Assembly (NCBI GenBank): GCA_965603825.1 | Contig: CBFDEM010000010.1 | Coordinates: 434,001-498,000 of the forward strand | Length of the DNA stretch: 64,000 nucleotides | Direction of reading: 5' to 3' | DNA from: Blepharisma stoltei ATCC 30299 | Lineage: Eukaryota > Protista > Ciliophora | In this document: positions 24,133 through 36,672 of the stretch, piece by piece | Numbering within the stretch: the first letter of the stretch is position 1 | How the letters are laid out: every line of letters begins with the position of its first letter | Notes under the pieces: model-generated | The model's database searches: none | What the model was told of the DNA's origin: nothing | What the model saw: only the letters and a program-made list of their open reading frames with translations | Position numbers and translations under genes: made by a program

Positions 24133-27100
24133 ATGTTATATATGAGTGAATCTACTCCCAAGACTATTAAGCCACGACAACGTCGATATACGTTTGACAT
24201 GCAAGAAGCCGACGGCAGCCCTAACAACTCCACTGTAAATAATGCCAAAAATAACACCAAAGTGATGATCCCGCAAGCGCTGATTTCTCTTTCAGGTTTG
24301 GTAAATGTTCACCATGTCCCACTTGGAGACATAGCAAAAATTTCAGGAAAGCTTATTTCTGAGCTGACCAGTTCTTCATGAGTAGAAGTCCTGCTCAAAG
24401 AAGACAATAAGCTGAAAATTTTTAACCCTTCTCAGCCTTTTACAGAACTAGAAATTAATGATGAGTCCCTGCCAGGATATGTAGCCCAGACACAGCAGCC
24501 AGAACTTATCACGAACCCTCACACGTCCACTTTTTATTCCACTTTTCAGCTGAAAATCAACCCTTTTTCCCCTGCCACCAATAAAGTGATCCAGCCGACT
24601 ACTACAGCCTGTATCCCGTTAGTTGTAGAAGAATGAAAAGTGATTGGTGTTGTACAGTTATTTAATAAAGTTAACGAAGACCTTTCCCAAGGGTACTATA
24701 CTGACATCGATATAGATATTGTAAGTAGCTTTGGTCACATTATGAACCAAGCCTTAAAGCAGAGGTCAGAATATTTATCATTGATAAATAAAAATGAAGG
24801 CCATCATGCAGTAAATAAAGAAAAAGACAGGCTTTATAATGAAGTCAATATGATTTGTAAGAAAAAAGAGTATTGTAAAAAACTTGATTCTGTAATAAAA
24901 CCTTGGTATAGGATCTCAAAGGCACTGATGGACGCTGTTTCAGATATCATGAAAACTGATGGATTAATCCTTTACAGCTTGCGAGATGGGATGCTAAAAT
25001 GTGAATACGCTCACAAAATCGACGTAGATATATGCAATTATGAATCAAGAATTTCAGAATATGTAGGATTCACTCATAAAGACATCTTGAATATCAAGGA
25101 TCTCTCTATAGAGCCACTATGGCCTCAAGATGTAAACTATGGATATAAATCCTGCCTTGTACTGCCAATTATGTCTTATACCAACACTGTACAAGGAGTT
25201 GTCGAATTTTTCAGGTCAAGCTCCGTTTTCACTGAAATTGACGAAAATTTTGCCTTGTATATAACGGGAACCCTAGGCAAACTTACCAATCTGTCAGTAG
25301 AAACTAATAATTCGACAAGTTTTGAGCAGGATGACTTAAGAAAATGGATAAACGGGATGTACTCTTATACGCTTGACAGAAAAGACAAGCTTTTTGACTA
25401 TGTGAAGCTCACTGACGTGATTACCCAGTCCTTGCACAATATTTTACCTCACGATTCTTCTTCAGTTTTCATAGCAAATCAGCACAAAAAGTTTATATGG
25501 ACTAAAAAATCAGACTCTTGTGGAACAATGGCCTTTCCTTTGTCTCCTGATACAGTTTTTGGGTATGCTTATTCACTACAGAAAACCTTGGTCCTTCCAA
25601 ACAGAAGTCTTCCAGTTTTACAAGATATTGAGCTGTATGCAGGAAAATCTGTAGTAATTGTGCCAATTTTGGCGAAGGAATTTAAAGACCCGACTATTGG
25701 GCTGATAGTGATAAGCAGAGAAAAAACATTTAGTAATGACGATTTACTGATTTTGGAAACGTTTTCTAGTTCTTTGCAGCCGATTTTTATGAGGCTTTTC
25801 GTTGAAAACTTGCCTGAAACGATGCTTGAAGACTGCAAAATTGAAAATTCTTCTCCTGATAGAGCCAAAGAAAGCTCTGAATCTGAGTTCAAAACTGTAA
25901 ATGTTTTTAGAAAAAATTCAGAACTGGCAGCTCAATCAAGCTTCTTTTTAAGCCAAGATCTTACAAGAAATAGAGAAAAAAATAAAAAAGAGCCTCCTTT
26001 CCTACTAAAAAGCTTAAATAACATTCTCAGCATGCCACGACAAACTCTAGAAAGCCTCTACGATCTTCTTGACGATCTAACAAAAACCCCTTATGACCCT
26101 TACATCAAAATTGCAAGAAAATTACCCGAAATAGTAAAATGTCAGGTCGCCAAGCTGTTTTTATATGACAAATCTCAAGTAAACCTAATCGAGCAAACCA
26201 CTTTTTCAAGCTACACCCCTGCAGGACTTATTAAAAAATCAATCCAAATAAAAGATATCGTAAAAATCGACCACGATGCTGAAAATGATTTAAATTTTGA
26301 GTTTGATTTAGACTCACTTGACTGTGAAGATCAAGTAGACTCTTACCTTTGTGTGCCTATTATTGATAGCAAAACCTCAGTAATTGGTGTTATTGCGTTC
26401 GTCAATTTAGAAAATCTTGAAGAAAACACGCTGCAAGTGGCTTCATTTTTGTCGATTCTGCCTAAAGAGTTTGCTGAACTGGCCTCAGCTCAAGATGACT
26501 CTGCGACGCAATGGAAAAAAATATTGGAAACTGGGAGGAAGCATAAGATGCTGCAGCATTGGTGCAAGCAGGTGTTTTTAGTAGCCAATCAATTTCAAAA
26601 GAAGTGCACTTATTATAGAGATATGCTGTACAAAATATCGTGCTATAATGATTTAGAAAATTTAATGAAATTCAGCATTGATTTGGTGCAATCTCATACT
26701 AATACGAAAAGAGCTTATATATATTTATATAAAGACTCAGAGTTCGAAGAGCTTACAATTCATGACGGTGAGCCTCATAACCCACACGAATGGGAGCTTG
26801 ATTTCTTTAAAGAATGCTACGATAAGAACTCCACAATTGCGTCCTTAAATCCTAATCAGTCATACCACCTGCTTGCAGTCCCTATAATTAATGAAAATGA
26901 TTTCATAGGGCTTCTTTATTTCAAAAATAAAAAAGAGCCTACTTTATTACAATCAGTTCCTTTTACCGCTGAAGATATAGACATTTTTGAATGTTTAGCC
27001 AAAATAATTTCAGTCTCCCTGAAAAAAGGGTCTGATTCTGAAGAAAAAAGAAACAACGACGACTTTAAAAATTTTATAAAGGAAATTGCATGCGAAAGAG

Positions 27101-29253
27101 ACTCCTATGCACTTATAACGACTATAAGAAAAGCAGCTGAACAGCTCTGTGACTGTGATCGAGCAGTTATTTTTATTCACGAAGAAAATGTGCTAGTTGC
27201 CAAACCTCAAGGACTAGAGCAGCAGCTGCCAGCTAATTACAGCTTTTATGTAGGATATGGGATCCCAGGGACAGTTGCCTCTAAAAAGACTACAGAAAAT
27301 ATTAAAGACGCTTATAATGACCCTAGGTTCACCCCTGACGTCGACAGGCTAACTGGGTACCGAACTACAAGTATCCTGTGTATGCCTATTTTAGACTCAG
27401 AAAAACAAGTCCTTGCAGTAATAGAATTAATTAATAAGAGACACGCCACTTTTGATGCTAATGATGAAGAAACGATGGACTTATTCTGCGAAATGGTTTC
27501 AGCTGTATTAGAGAACTGTGGGCTTTTCGAAAAAACTATTGAGGAGAGAGCTAGCTTGTTAGGGATTCTCAATAGCATTGGGAGCTATGCTTTGGCTCTG
27601 AATAGTGAAGGAAAATTAAGCTATGTTAATAAGCCGATAGAAGGGGTGTTCGGGGTAAATGAATTTGTGGTTAAAAAATTCCATTATACAGACTGGCTTA
27701 AGAATAATCCATCATTGGTCAGTGATATCCAAAAAGTGTTTAACGATCCAAGCTTAAAACCTTACAAAACTTCTAAATTCATATACACCGAGTCCTTTAG
27801 GAGTTCTTCATTCCTCTCGATTCTGCCTATAAATGACCAAGTTAAAAGCCAAAAATTCAACTACAGGATCCTCGGGCTAAAAGGAATCAACAAAGGCCAA
27901 TTCGAAGGCGTGGTCATCATCTTAGAAGACTGCAGCAGCTTAGAAGAAATCCATATGAAATTCAAAGAAGTCAAATCCCAAATCAAAGCCTTAACAACTC
28001 CTTTACAAACAGAAACCGAGCTGCAGCGCTGCATAGGAGACTTAGAAGCAATAACTGAAAACGGCAACATCCAGCAGGAAATCAAAGACAACCTGCAAGA
28101 CATAATGTCAAGGCTGAAATCTGGAAACCTCAACAGGCCTAAATATCGACTTGATGGCCCAGTTGACCAAATTGAGCAAGGCGTCGAAGCTTTAAAGTCT
28201 TTATTAGAAATTGACATGCCAGTGGAGCATGCAAGAACTCGTAGATATTCATCAATCTCTGAAAGCTCGCCTGACAGCCTTGAATCTTATCAACAAAACG
28301 TATCTCTTGATGACATAAGAAATTGGAACTTTAACGCATTCAGCATAGAAGACCCAATAAGTTTTGCATTTTCCCTTATGAATGATTTTGATTTATTTAA
28401 GAGATTTAAGATAAGGGCTCACATTTTTGTGAATTTTGTAGAGGAGGTGAAACATATTTGTGACCAGAAAGGAAACCCGTTCCATAACTTTGAGCATAAT
28501 TTAAGCGTGATGCATGGGACTTATATGCTTCTGGCCAGTACTTCGGCTGGGTCTTATTTTAAGCCTGCTGATATTTTGGCTCTGCTGGTAGGGTCGATTT
28601 GTCATGATTTAGACCATACAGGAAGAAATAACCCATTTGAGTGTGCAAAATCGTCAAGGTTAGCTGTTTTGTATCATGATAAATCAGTGCTAGAGCAGCA
28701 TCATGCTGCAACTGCGTTCTTTACAATGCAAAACGAAAATTGCAACATTTTCAAACATTTGAAGCCTAAGAAATTTAAATATATAAGGAAACTAATGATT
28801 GCAGCAATTCTACAAACTGATATGAGCAAGCATCTAGGCATGATTTCTCATATGACGAGAAGATTTAATGATACAACTGAAAATCCATTAGGGACACTTG
28901 AAAAAGATACAGAAAAATTGGCAGGGCTGCTGCTGCATTCTTCAGATTTAGCTCATGGGACAAAAGATTTCTCGATTTATGAGATATGGTCTAGAAGGGT
29001 ATGTGAAGAATTTTCTGAACAGTATAAAGAAGAAGTCGCTCTTGGGCTTACGCCGACTGGGTTTATGAAAGATTTGGATAAGCCGAAGGTGTATTATTCT
29101 AATGAAATCAATTTTATGAAGTTCGTGGTGAAGCCCCTGTGGGAGTGCTTGAATTTGTGGCTGAAGCCGAATTTAGGCAATTTCTTGCAAAATATTGAGA
29201 AAAATATTGAGGAGATGCAAGCGAGGTTGGAGAACGAAGATGAGACGTCATAA
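24133..29253 (+). CDS. Multi-GAF plus PAS cyclic-nucleotide phosphodiesterase (~1706 aa)
   Basis: TGA at 24379 and 24634 in frame; repeated GAF signatures (GVVQLFNK, DAYNDPRF..DRLTGYRT.SILCMP..INK); PDE motifs FHNFEH, HDLDHTG, TDMSKH, SDL. Confidence 0.9.
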
Positions 29254-29432
29254 ATACTGTATATATTAAATATATTCGAATTATAAATGAGTTAAAATTG
29301 CTATTAAATATATTTGTTTGCGTATCTATGCTTATAGCTAGCTATATTTAATATTTCTCAAAATTATTTCCATTATTTTTTGCTATTTTATTTCAATATA
29401 TCATTTCACAAATCAGAAAATATCTATTTTCT

Positions 29433-29957
<525 letters not shown>

Positions 29958-30699
29958 TTATTTTGATATAAATAAAATATGATATATTTAGAATAAACAA
30001 AAAAATGGGTAAAATTTCACATTTATCCTTTTTGAGATTTTTCGATTAAATATTAGACTAATAATTTAGTGATTTTAAATTCATTAAAAGGTGTAAGATT
30101 GAAATATAACTTTTATGCAAGATTTATAAAATTTATAATAGTAAATTTTAAGTCTTGAGCGGTGTTGTAATATTTAAAAAGGCAAATTTTAGTTAAAATT
30201 TCTAATAGTAAGTTAACAAAAAAATCTCACCAGGGAAATAAATTAAAAATCTGTATCTCTGATATTCAAACTTTGCCTTAAGCTGAATTACAATAGCTCA
30301 CATAATCTACAAATCACCTACCTTAATTATACATAATACGCAAATTAATTTGTGTTTACAAACATGAAATGGTGAATAAAATGGCTTGGTAGCCAAGATC
30401 AGTATTATTCAAGTAGCCTTTACCTTCTTGTTTAAAATTCCATAAAATAAATCCCATTTTTTTAAGCTTTAATCAGCATTGCCCATATTCCGCTTTTCCA
30501 AAGATTCCCACAATTTTTCATACAAAAAAAATTAAATTTAATGATTTCCTACAAGGCTCATAAGGCTCTAATAAATATTTCTCCAATCCTCGTTCCTTCA
30601 TAAAATCCAAAATGTCGCATAAAAATAACACTAATCTAATATACATCTTACCTTAAGAAGCAATAACTTGCCATTAGTTGTCGAATAATAATAGTGGTG

Positions 30700-33459
30700 A
30701 TGGCAAGCTACGAGAAGATTAAAGACGAAGTCAATGAAGAGCCAAAAGAGAAAGCAACTAAGTTAACCCCAGAGCAGATGGCAGATATGAACACACCTGA
30801 ATCTGGGCTCACAAGTGCAGAAGCCGCCAGAAGACTAGCAAGGGACGGGTAAAGCTTATATAGGCCAAACATGCTGCCGGAGAAAAGGGTGAACCCTTTT
30901 TTGAAGTTCTTAAGCTACTTCTGGGGCCCAATGCCAGGGATGATTTGGGCAGCCATTTTGATAGAACTGATTAGGCTGTCGTGACTGGACTTCGGAGTCC
31001 TGATGATTTTGCAGTTCGTGAATGGCTTTGTAGGCTGGTATGAAGAAAAAAATGCAGGAAACGCAATTGAAGCTCTCAAGAAGAACATGGCTCCAAAGGC
31101 AAAATGTAAAAGAAATGGGCAATATGACACAATCAATGCTAAAGATCTAGTTATAGGAGATAGAATTAACTTAAAGCTGGGAGATATAATTCCCGCTGAC
31201 GCAGTCTTAGGACCAGGCTTTGCTGAGATCGACCAATCAGCTTTAACTGGTGAGTCTTTAGCGGTCATGAAATATGAAGGCGATACTGTCTATCAAGGCT
31301 CTGTCTGCAAAAGAGGCGACCTAGAAGCTATAGTTATGGCTACAGGAGCCAGGACATTTTTTGGGAGGACTTCAGCACTTGTAGGCTCTGTAAACCAGCG
31401 TGGGAACTTCCAAAAGGTCCTATTAAAAGTAGCCTTTTCGTTACTTATAGTTTCTGTCGTTCTGGTCATCGTAATTCTTATAGTGAACTTGGCAAAAGGT
31501 AACAATTTCCTTGAAACTTTATCAATTTGTGTTGTTTTACTTGTCGCCTCAATCCCAATCGCTATGCAAGTGGTATGTACAGCCACCATGGCTGTGGGTG
31601 CCCACGCATTAGCAACCCGAAAAGCCATTGTCAGTCGTCTAACTGCTATAGAAGAGCTCGCAGGCATGAAAATCCTGTGTAGTGACAAGACTGGGACACT
31701 CACAAAAAATGAACTGACGATCCAAAATCCAGTCCTTCTTAAGGATTATAAAGCAGAAGACTTATTTTTAGTTGCAGGACTTGCAGCTAAAAGGGAAGTT
31801 GGCTCACAAGACGCTATCGACAAATGCATCACTGAGTATGCCTATGAAAAATGCAAGATCAGCTATGATGGCTACGAAGAAGAAGAATTCGTCCCATTTG
31901 ACCCAAAAATTAAAAGAACTGAAGCAACAGTTAGGAACAGAAAAGGAGAAATTTTCAGATGCACAAAAGGAGCGCCACAAGTGGTTTTAGCTATGGCAGC
32001 TGACCCAAGCATTGAAGAAGAAGTCTCTGGACATGTGATGGACTTAGCTTCAAGAGGCTACAGGACACTTGGAGTTGCCAAAATGGACCCTGGCCAAACC
32101 AAATGGAGCATGATAGGCTTGATTTCTTTATACGATCCTCCTAGAGATGACACCAAAGAAACCATTCAAAAAGCTTTACAAATGGAAGTCAAGGTAAAAA
32201 TGATCACTGGCGACCAGCTTGCAATTGCAAAAGAAACTGCAAGACTGTTAAACATGGGCGATAAAATTTATAACTCAGAAATGCTCCAAGCTGAAACAAG
32301 CGTGGTAAGTAAAGAAATTTTGGACTCCATGGTAGAAGAAGCTGACGGATTCGCTGAAGTCTTCCCTGAGCATAAGTTTGCTATTGTAAAAATGCTTCAG
32401 GAAAGAGGTTTTCGATGTGGAATGACTGGAGATGGAGTAAATGATGCCCCAGCATTAAAAAAAGCTGACGTAGGGATTGCAGTGGATGGGGCTACTGACG
32501 CTGCCAGAGCAGCTGCTGATATTGTCCTGACTAGTCCAGGGCTTAGTGTGATTATAGAAGCTATATATAGAGCTAGAAAGACTTTCCAAAGGATGAATAA
32601 TTACTGCACCTATAGAATTGCTTGTACCTTCCAGATCATTATTTTCTTCTTCATCACTATGGTCGCTGTCGACCCCTCTGATGATTTCACCTGCAAAGGC
32701 CACGGCTGCAGCAATGTTCCCAATACATTTGCGTTACCTGTGATATGCCTTGTCATTATGGTAATTTTAAATGATGGGCTGATCATTTCAATTGCTTATG
32801 ATAAAGTGACGGTAAATAAAAAGCCTGAGGCGTGGAATATGATCCTTATTTTTTCAAACTCGACTGTTCTAGGCTTTATTGCTTTTATTTCGTCACTGAT
32901 TTTGCTATTGTTGTGCTTAGACAATATGAACGGTGATGACAGAAATGTTTTCCTCAAGGCTTTTGGAATTGAAGCTATGAGATATGGAGAAATTCTGACC
33001 ATTATTTTTATGAAGGTCTCTATTTCGAATTTTTTAACGGTATTTTCAGCCAGAACTATGAGCTGGTTCTGGACGAGAGCGCCTGGGAAACTGCTGTTCA
33101 GTGCTGATATGTTTGGAATAATTGTGTGCTTGTTCCTGTCCTGCTATTGGTTTTTAAATATTAGTGTAGGAGAAAGTAGCAATATTCCTGATATGAAGCC
33201 GATCAGTTGGGGAGTCACTATGTGGATCTTAGGCTATGACGTAATTTTCTTTATTTTGCAAGATATAGCCAAAATTTTGATGATAAGAGTTTTTGATGCT
33301 TATTATAAATCCCAAGGAAAAGAAGGTGGTTACTCAGGAAACACGCTTGGTGAATCATTTTTGCTATTCTCAGATTCAAGAGATCCTAAAAATTATAGGA
33401 AGTCAATTGTCACTAGAAGATCTATGGTCGCTGCTCAAGATGTCCATGGAGGTCGTTAA
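30700..33459 (+). CDS. Plasma-membrane H+-ATPase (P3A)
   Basis: GLTSAEA..RL..G|PN after intron 30849-30863; FWGPMP; TGA=W 30982; TGES, PIAM, DKTGTLT, KGAP, DPPR, GDGVNDAPALKKA, ILNDG. Confidence 0.93.
30849..30863 (+). other. 15-nt intron
   Basis: gtaaagcttatatag; removal gives RDG|PNMLPEK. Confidence 0.9.
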
Positions 33460-33515
33460 GATAATCTAATACTTAAGATAGTTTAAATAATGTCATAACT
33501 ATTATTTTCTTATTA

Positions 33516-34922
33516 ATGGAGCCACTCTTAGATCCACTACGTGACAGGGCGGTTCAAGATCTTACGCCACCTCCTCATAGAGCTCTGGACAGAGTAAAGC
33601 TTTATCCTAGAGGAATTGCGAACCCTCCTGATTGGATAGTCCTGAGAGACCACTTGCAAGCTGAAGGTAGAATTGCAAAGCAAGATTGTTTATTACTGAT
33701 AAGACAAGCCTCTGACCTATTAAGGAGGGAGAGAAATTTATTAGAGTTGAAAGACCCAGTATCTGTAGTAGGGGATATTCATGGCCAGTATTATGACTTA
33801 TTAAGGCTGCTTGAGCTGGGTGGAGATCCGAATCGAACAAAGTATTTATTTTTAGGAGATTATGTAGATAGAGGCTCTTTTTCTATAGAAGTCACCCTCC
33901 TCTTATACGCAGTCAAGCTTAACTTTCCTCAAACAGTTTTTATGCTGCGAGGAAACCACGAATGCCGACAGATGACATCTTTTTTTAACTTCCGTGAAGA
34001 AACGCTTTATAAATACGATACAGAGGTATATGACGCTATAATGGAGAGCTTTGACGCCTTACCTTTAGCTTGTATAGTGAATAATAAGTTTATCGCTCTT
34101 CACGGAGGCATTTCCCCTGAACTGTTGACCTTAGAAGACATTTCCAGGCTCAGCCGCTTCCAAGAGCCTCCACGGCAAGGCCTTTTTTGCGATATTTTAT
34201 GAAGTGACCCAGTAGACAGTGAAACAGGAAGCTGCCCAGAAAAATACAGAGTCAACACAGTCAGAGGCTGTAGCTTTTATTTCGGGCTATCAGCCGCAAA
34301 TGGATTTCTAAAAAAAAATCGGCTGCTTTCAATCCTAAGAGCCCACGAAGCACAGCTAGATGGGTACAAAATGCACAGATGAAGCGGGACTTCAGAGTTC
34401 CCTTGTGTGATTACAGTATTTTCAGCACCAAATTACTGCGACGTTTACAACAATAAAGGCGCAATTTTGAAGTTCGATAACAATACCCTCAATATCCAGC
34501 AGTTTAATTATACAGCGCACCCTTATATTTTGCCGAATTTCATGGGACTTTTTGAATGGAGCATTCCATTTGTGATAGAAAAAGTGCTTGAAATGATAAA
34601 AACTGTAATTAAGCCAGCAAATGAAATTGAAGCAAAAAGAGGAGCTGATGTAGGCGAACAGGTAAAAAAACTGCAAGAGGATGTCAGAGAGGCGAAAGTA
34701 GAAATTTTCAGGAACAAAGTTAAAGCGGTTACAAAGATGATCAAGATGTTTAAGACTCTCAGAGAAGAAAAAGAAATCATTATGCAATTGAAAGGGCTGT
34801 GCCCTGATAATAAAGTACCGAGAGGGCTGCTGCTACAAGGAAGAGAAGCGATTCTAGGAGCAGTTGACTCGTTTTCACAAGCCAAAACTTGGGATATAAT
34901 AAATGAAAAAAGACCAGACTAA
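33516..34922 (+). CDS. CNA1: Calcineurin A (PP2B catalytic subunit)
   Basis: GDIHGQ, GDYVDRG, RGNHE, DIL(TGA=W)SDP at 34200, RAHE, TGA 34380, [21 protein letters not shown], CaM-binding region, NEKRP. Confidence 0.94.
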
Positions 34923-34979
34923 TTGAGTGTTAGAAAAGAATTTTAAATTTAAATTAAAATTCAGTATTTTGAGGTAACA

Positions 34980-35804
34980 TTAAAGGGAGACTAAAGCACT
35001 CTCTGAGCTGCGAAGTCGGAGATTTCGCTTGCAGTTTGGGCAGTTGCTTTGCCGCATAAGCCAAATGTCAATGCAGCGCAGATGGAAACGGTGACCACAT
35101 GGCATGATTCTAACCTTTTCTCTGACTTGTAGGTCTTCTAGGCAGACTGAGCATATAAAAGCTCCTCGTTCTGGGCTATTTATTTCGCTGACATTAAATT
35201 TTAGAATAGACCCAGGGGAAAGTCCTCTTGCACTTGAGGTAAAGCTAGGGGCATCTTCGTTTCCATATTGCTCTATTAGCTGCGTGTATTCGCCTTCTAT
35301 AACCCTATTCCTTAAATAGCTTAAAATTGATATCATAATTGAAGTTGTATAAGCAATAATCCAGCTATAAAATACAACAAGTCATAGAGCAAAATATCAT
35401 TTTTCCTGAGGATTTTTGAAGCATTCTGATCCGACATATTTAGCTTGCGACTGAACTTCTGCAAATCAGAAAGTTCCAATTATGATTCAAGCTAAGAAAA
35501 TAGGGTATATAACGCCTACAGAAATGATTGAACTTAATGAAAAAGATCTAGAAAATGCTTGGAAACATCAAGGCTCATTGGGTTCATTTTCAGCAAAATT
35601 TTCTAATATGTGGGTAAATCTGATTAGCGCTAATAATGCACAGGACACTAAAAGTCATATTTCTATAGGTTTTACGCATGACCTTCATAATTTTTACGTA
35701 AAATCTTGCCATGTGACCATCAGTTCTGCTGCTGCATAAAAGATTGCTAAGCCAATAAAAACATCGTGACTTTATAAATCATACCATGATAATCGTACAG
35801 GCAT
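34980..35804 (-). CDS. Multi-pass transmembrane RING-H2 E3 ligase (2 introns, 6 TGA=Trp)
   Basis: ATG 35802-35804; introns 35770-35784 and 35683-35697; TM helices; CSVCLED...PCGHRFHLRCIDIWL...CPNC. Confidence 0.85.
35683..35697 (-). other. 15-nt intron
   Basis: gtaaaaattatgaag; contains in-frame TAA. Confidence 0.82.
35770..35784 (-). other. 15-nt intron
   Basis: gtatgatttataaag; contains in-frame TAA. Confidence 0.78.
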
Positions 35805-35979
35805 ATTTTAATTATTTTTAGATTTCATTATTATTTTCTATGACTATTATATACTAGTAAGCATATAAAACTAAAATTGTAATTAAAAAACTCAATAATT
35901 TACATGCTAGAATATGAATTTATAATAGGAAACTGAGTTAAATAATCTTTGATTTTCTGGGGGTATAATAATTTATAAC

Positions 35980-36621
35980 ATGGTCGACAAAGGAAAAACG
36001 TAATTTTTATTTAGAAAATCTTCTCTGAATCAAAGCAGCATTAGTCTTGGTTTAGATTTAATGAGGTACTTAGAAGCCTTACCAGAGTCGTACCCATTTT
36101 TAGAACCAGTTGATTATGTAGGCTTACAATTAACTAACTACCCGCTCATCATCAAGCAGCCAATGGACCTTTCAACTGCCAGAAGAAAGCTTATCACTGG
36201 AAAATATTCTTCTCTTGAAGACTACATCTCAGACTTAAACCTAATTTGGGCTAATTGCAAGACCTACAACCTAGAAGGTTCTGATATCTATGTTATGGCG
36301 CAAAAGATGGAATCAAGCATGCATCATTATTATAAAAAGCTTTTAAATAAGCAGCAGGAGCACTCACAAAGCAACACAGTCTCTTTTGCAGAAAAAGTTG
36401 AATTTGCAGAGAGAGTTAGAAAGGTTGCCCCAAGTGTCTTAAAAGAAATAGTAGAAATTGTACAAAAACAGTGCAGCAATGCGTATTCTGAGCCAAGAGA
36501 AGACAAACTACAGATTAAAGTGGATTTATTAGATAAGAACACGTTTACAAGGATTTCAGAGCTTGCCGAAAATTATATCGCAAGCAGGCCTAAAAAGATC
36601 CGGAAAGTGTCTAAAGCATAA
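35980..36621 (+). CDS. Bromodomain plus ET domain (BET/GTE-like) protein
   Basis: PFLEPVD..L..YP.IIKQPMDLST, NCKTYN; ET-like SFAEK...IKVDLLD; ATG 35980 with intron 36000-36014. Confidence 0.88.
36000..36014 (+). other. 15-nt intron
   Basis: gtaatttttatttag; links ATG 35980 in frame to the bromodomain ORF. Confidence 0.85.
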
Positions 36622-36672
36622 TGAAATTTTATTTATTTCAAAATTTATCCAATTAAAAATTTTTAAGTAAAT

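Noticed and set aside
24219-24226. CCCTAACA heterotrich telomere-like octamer
   Set aside because: Single copy inside a coding region; no tandem array
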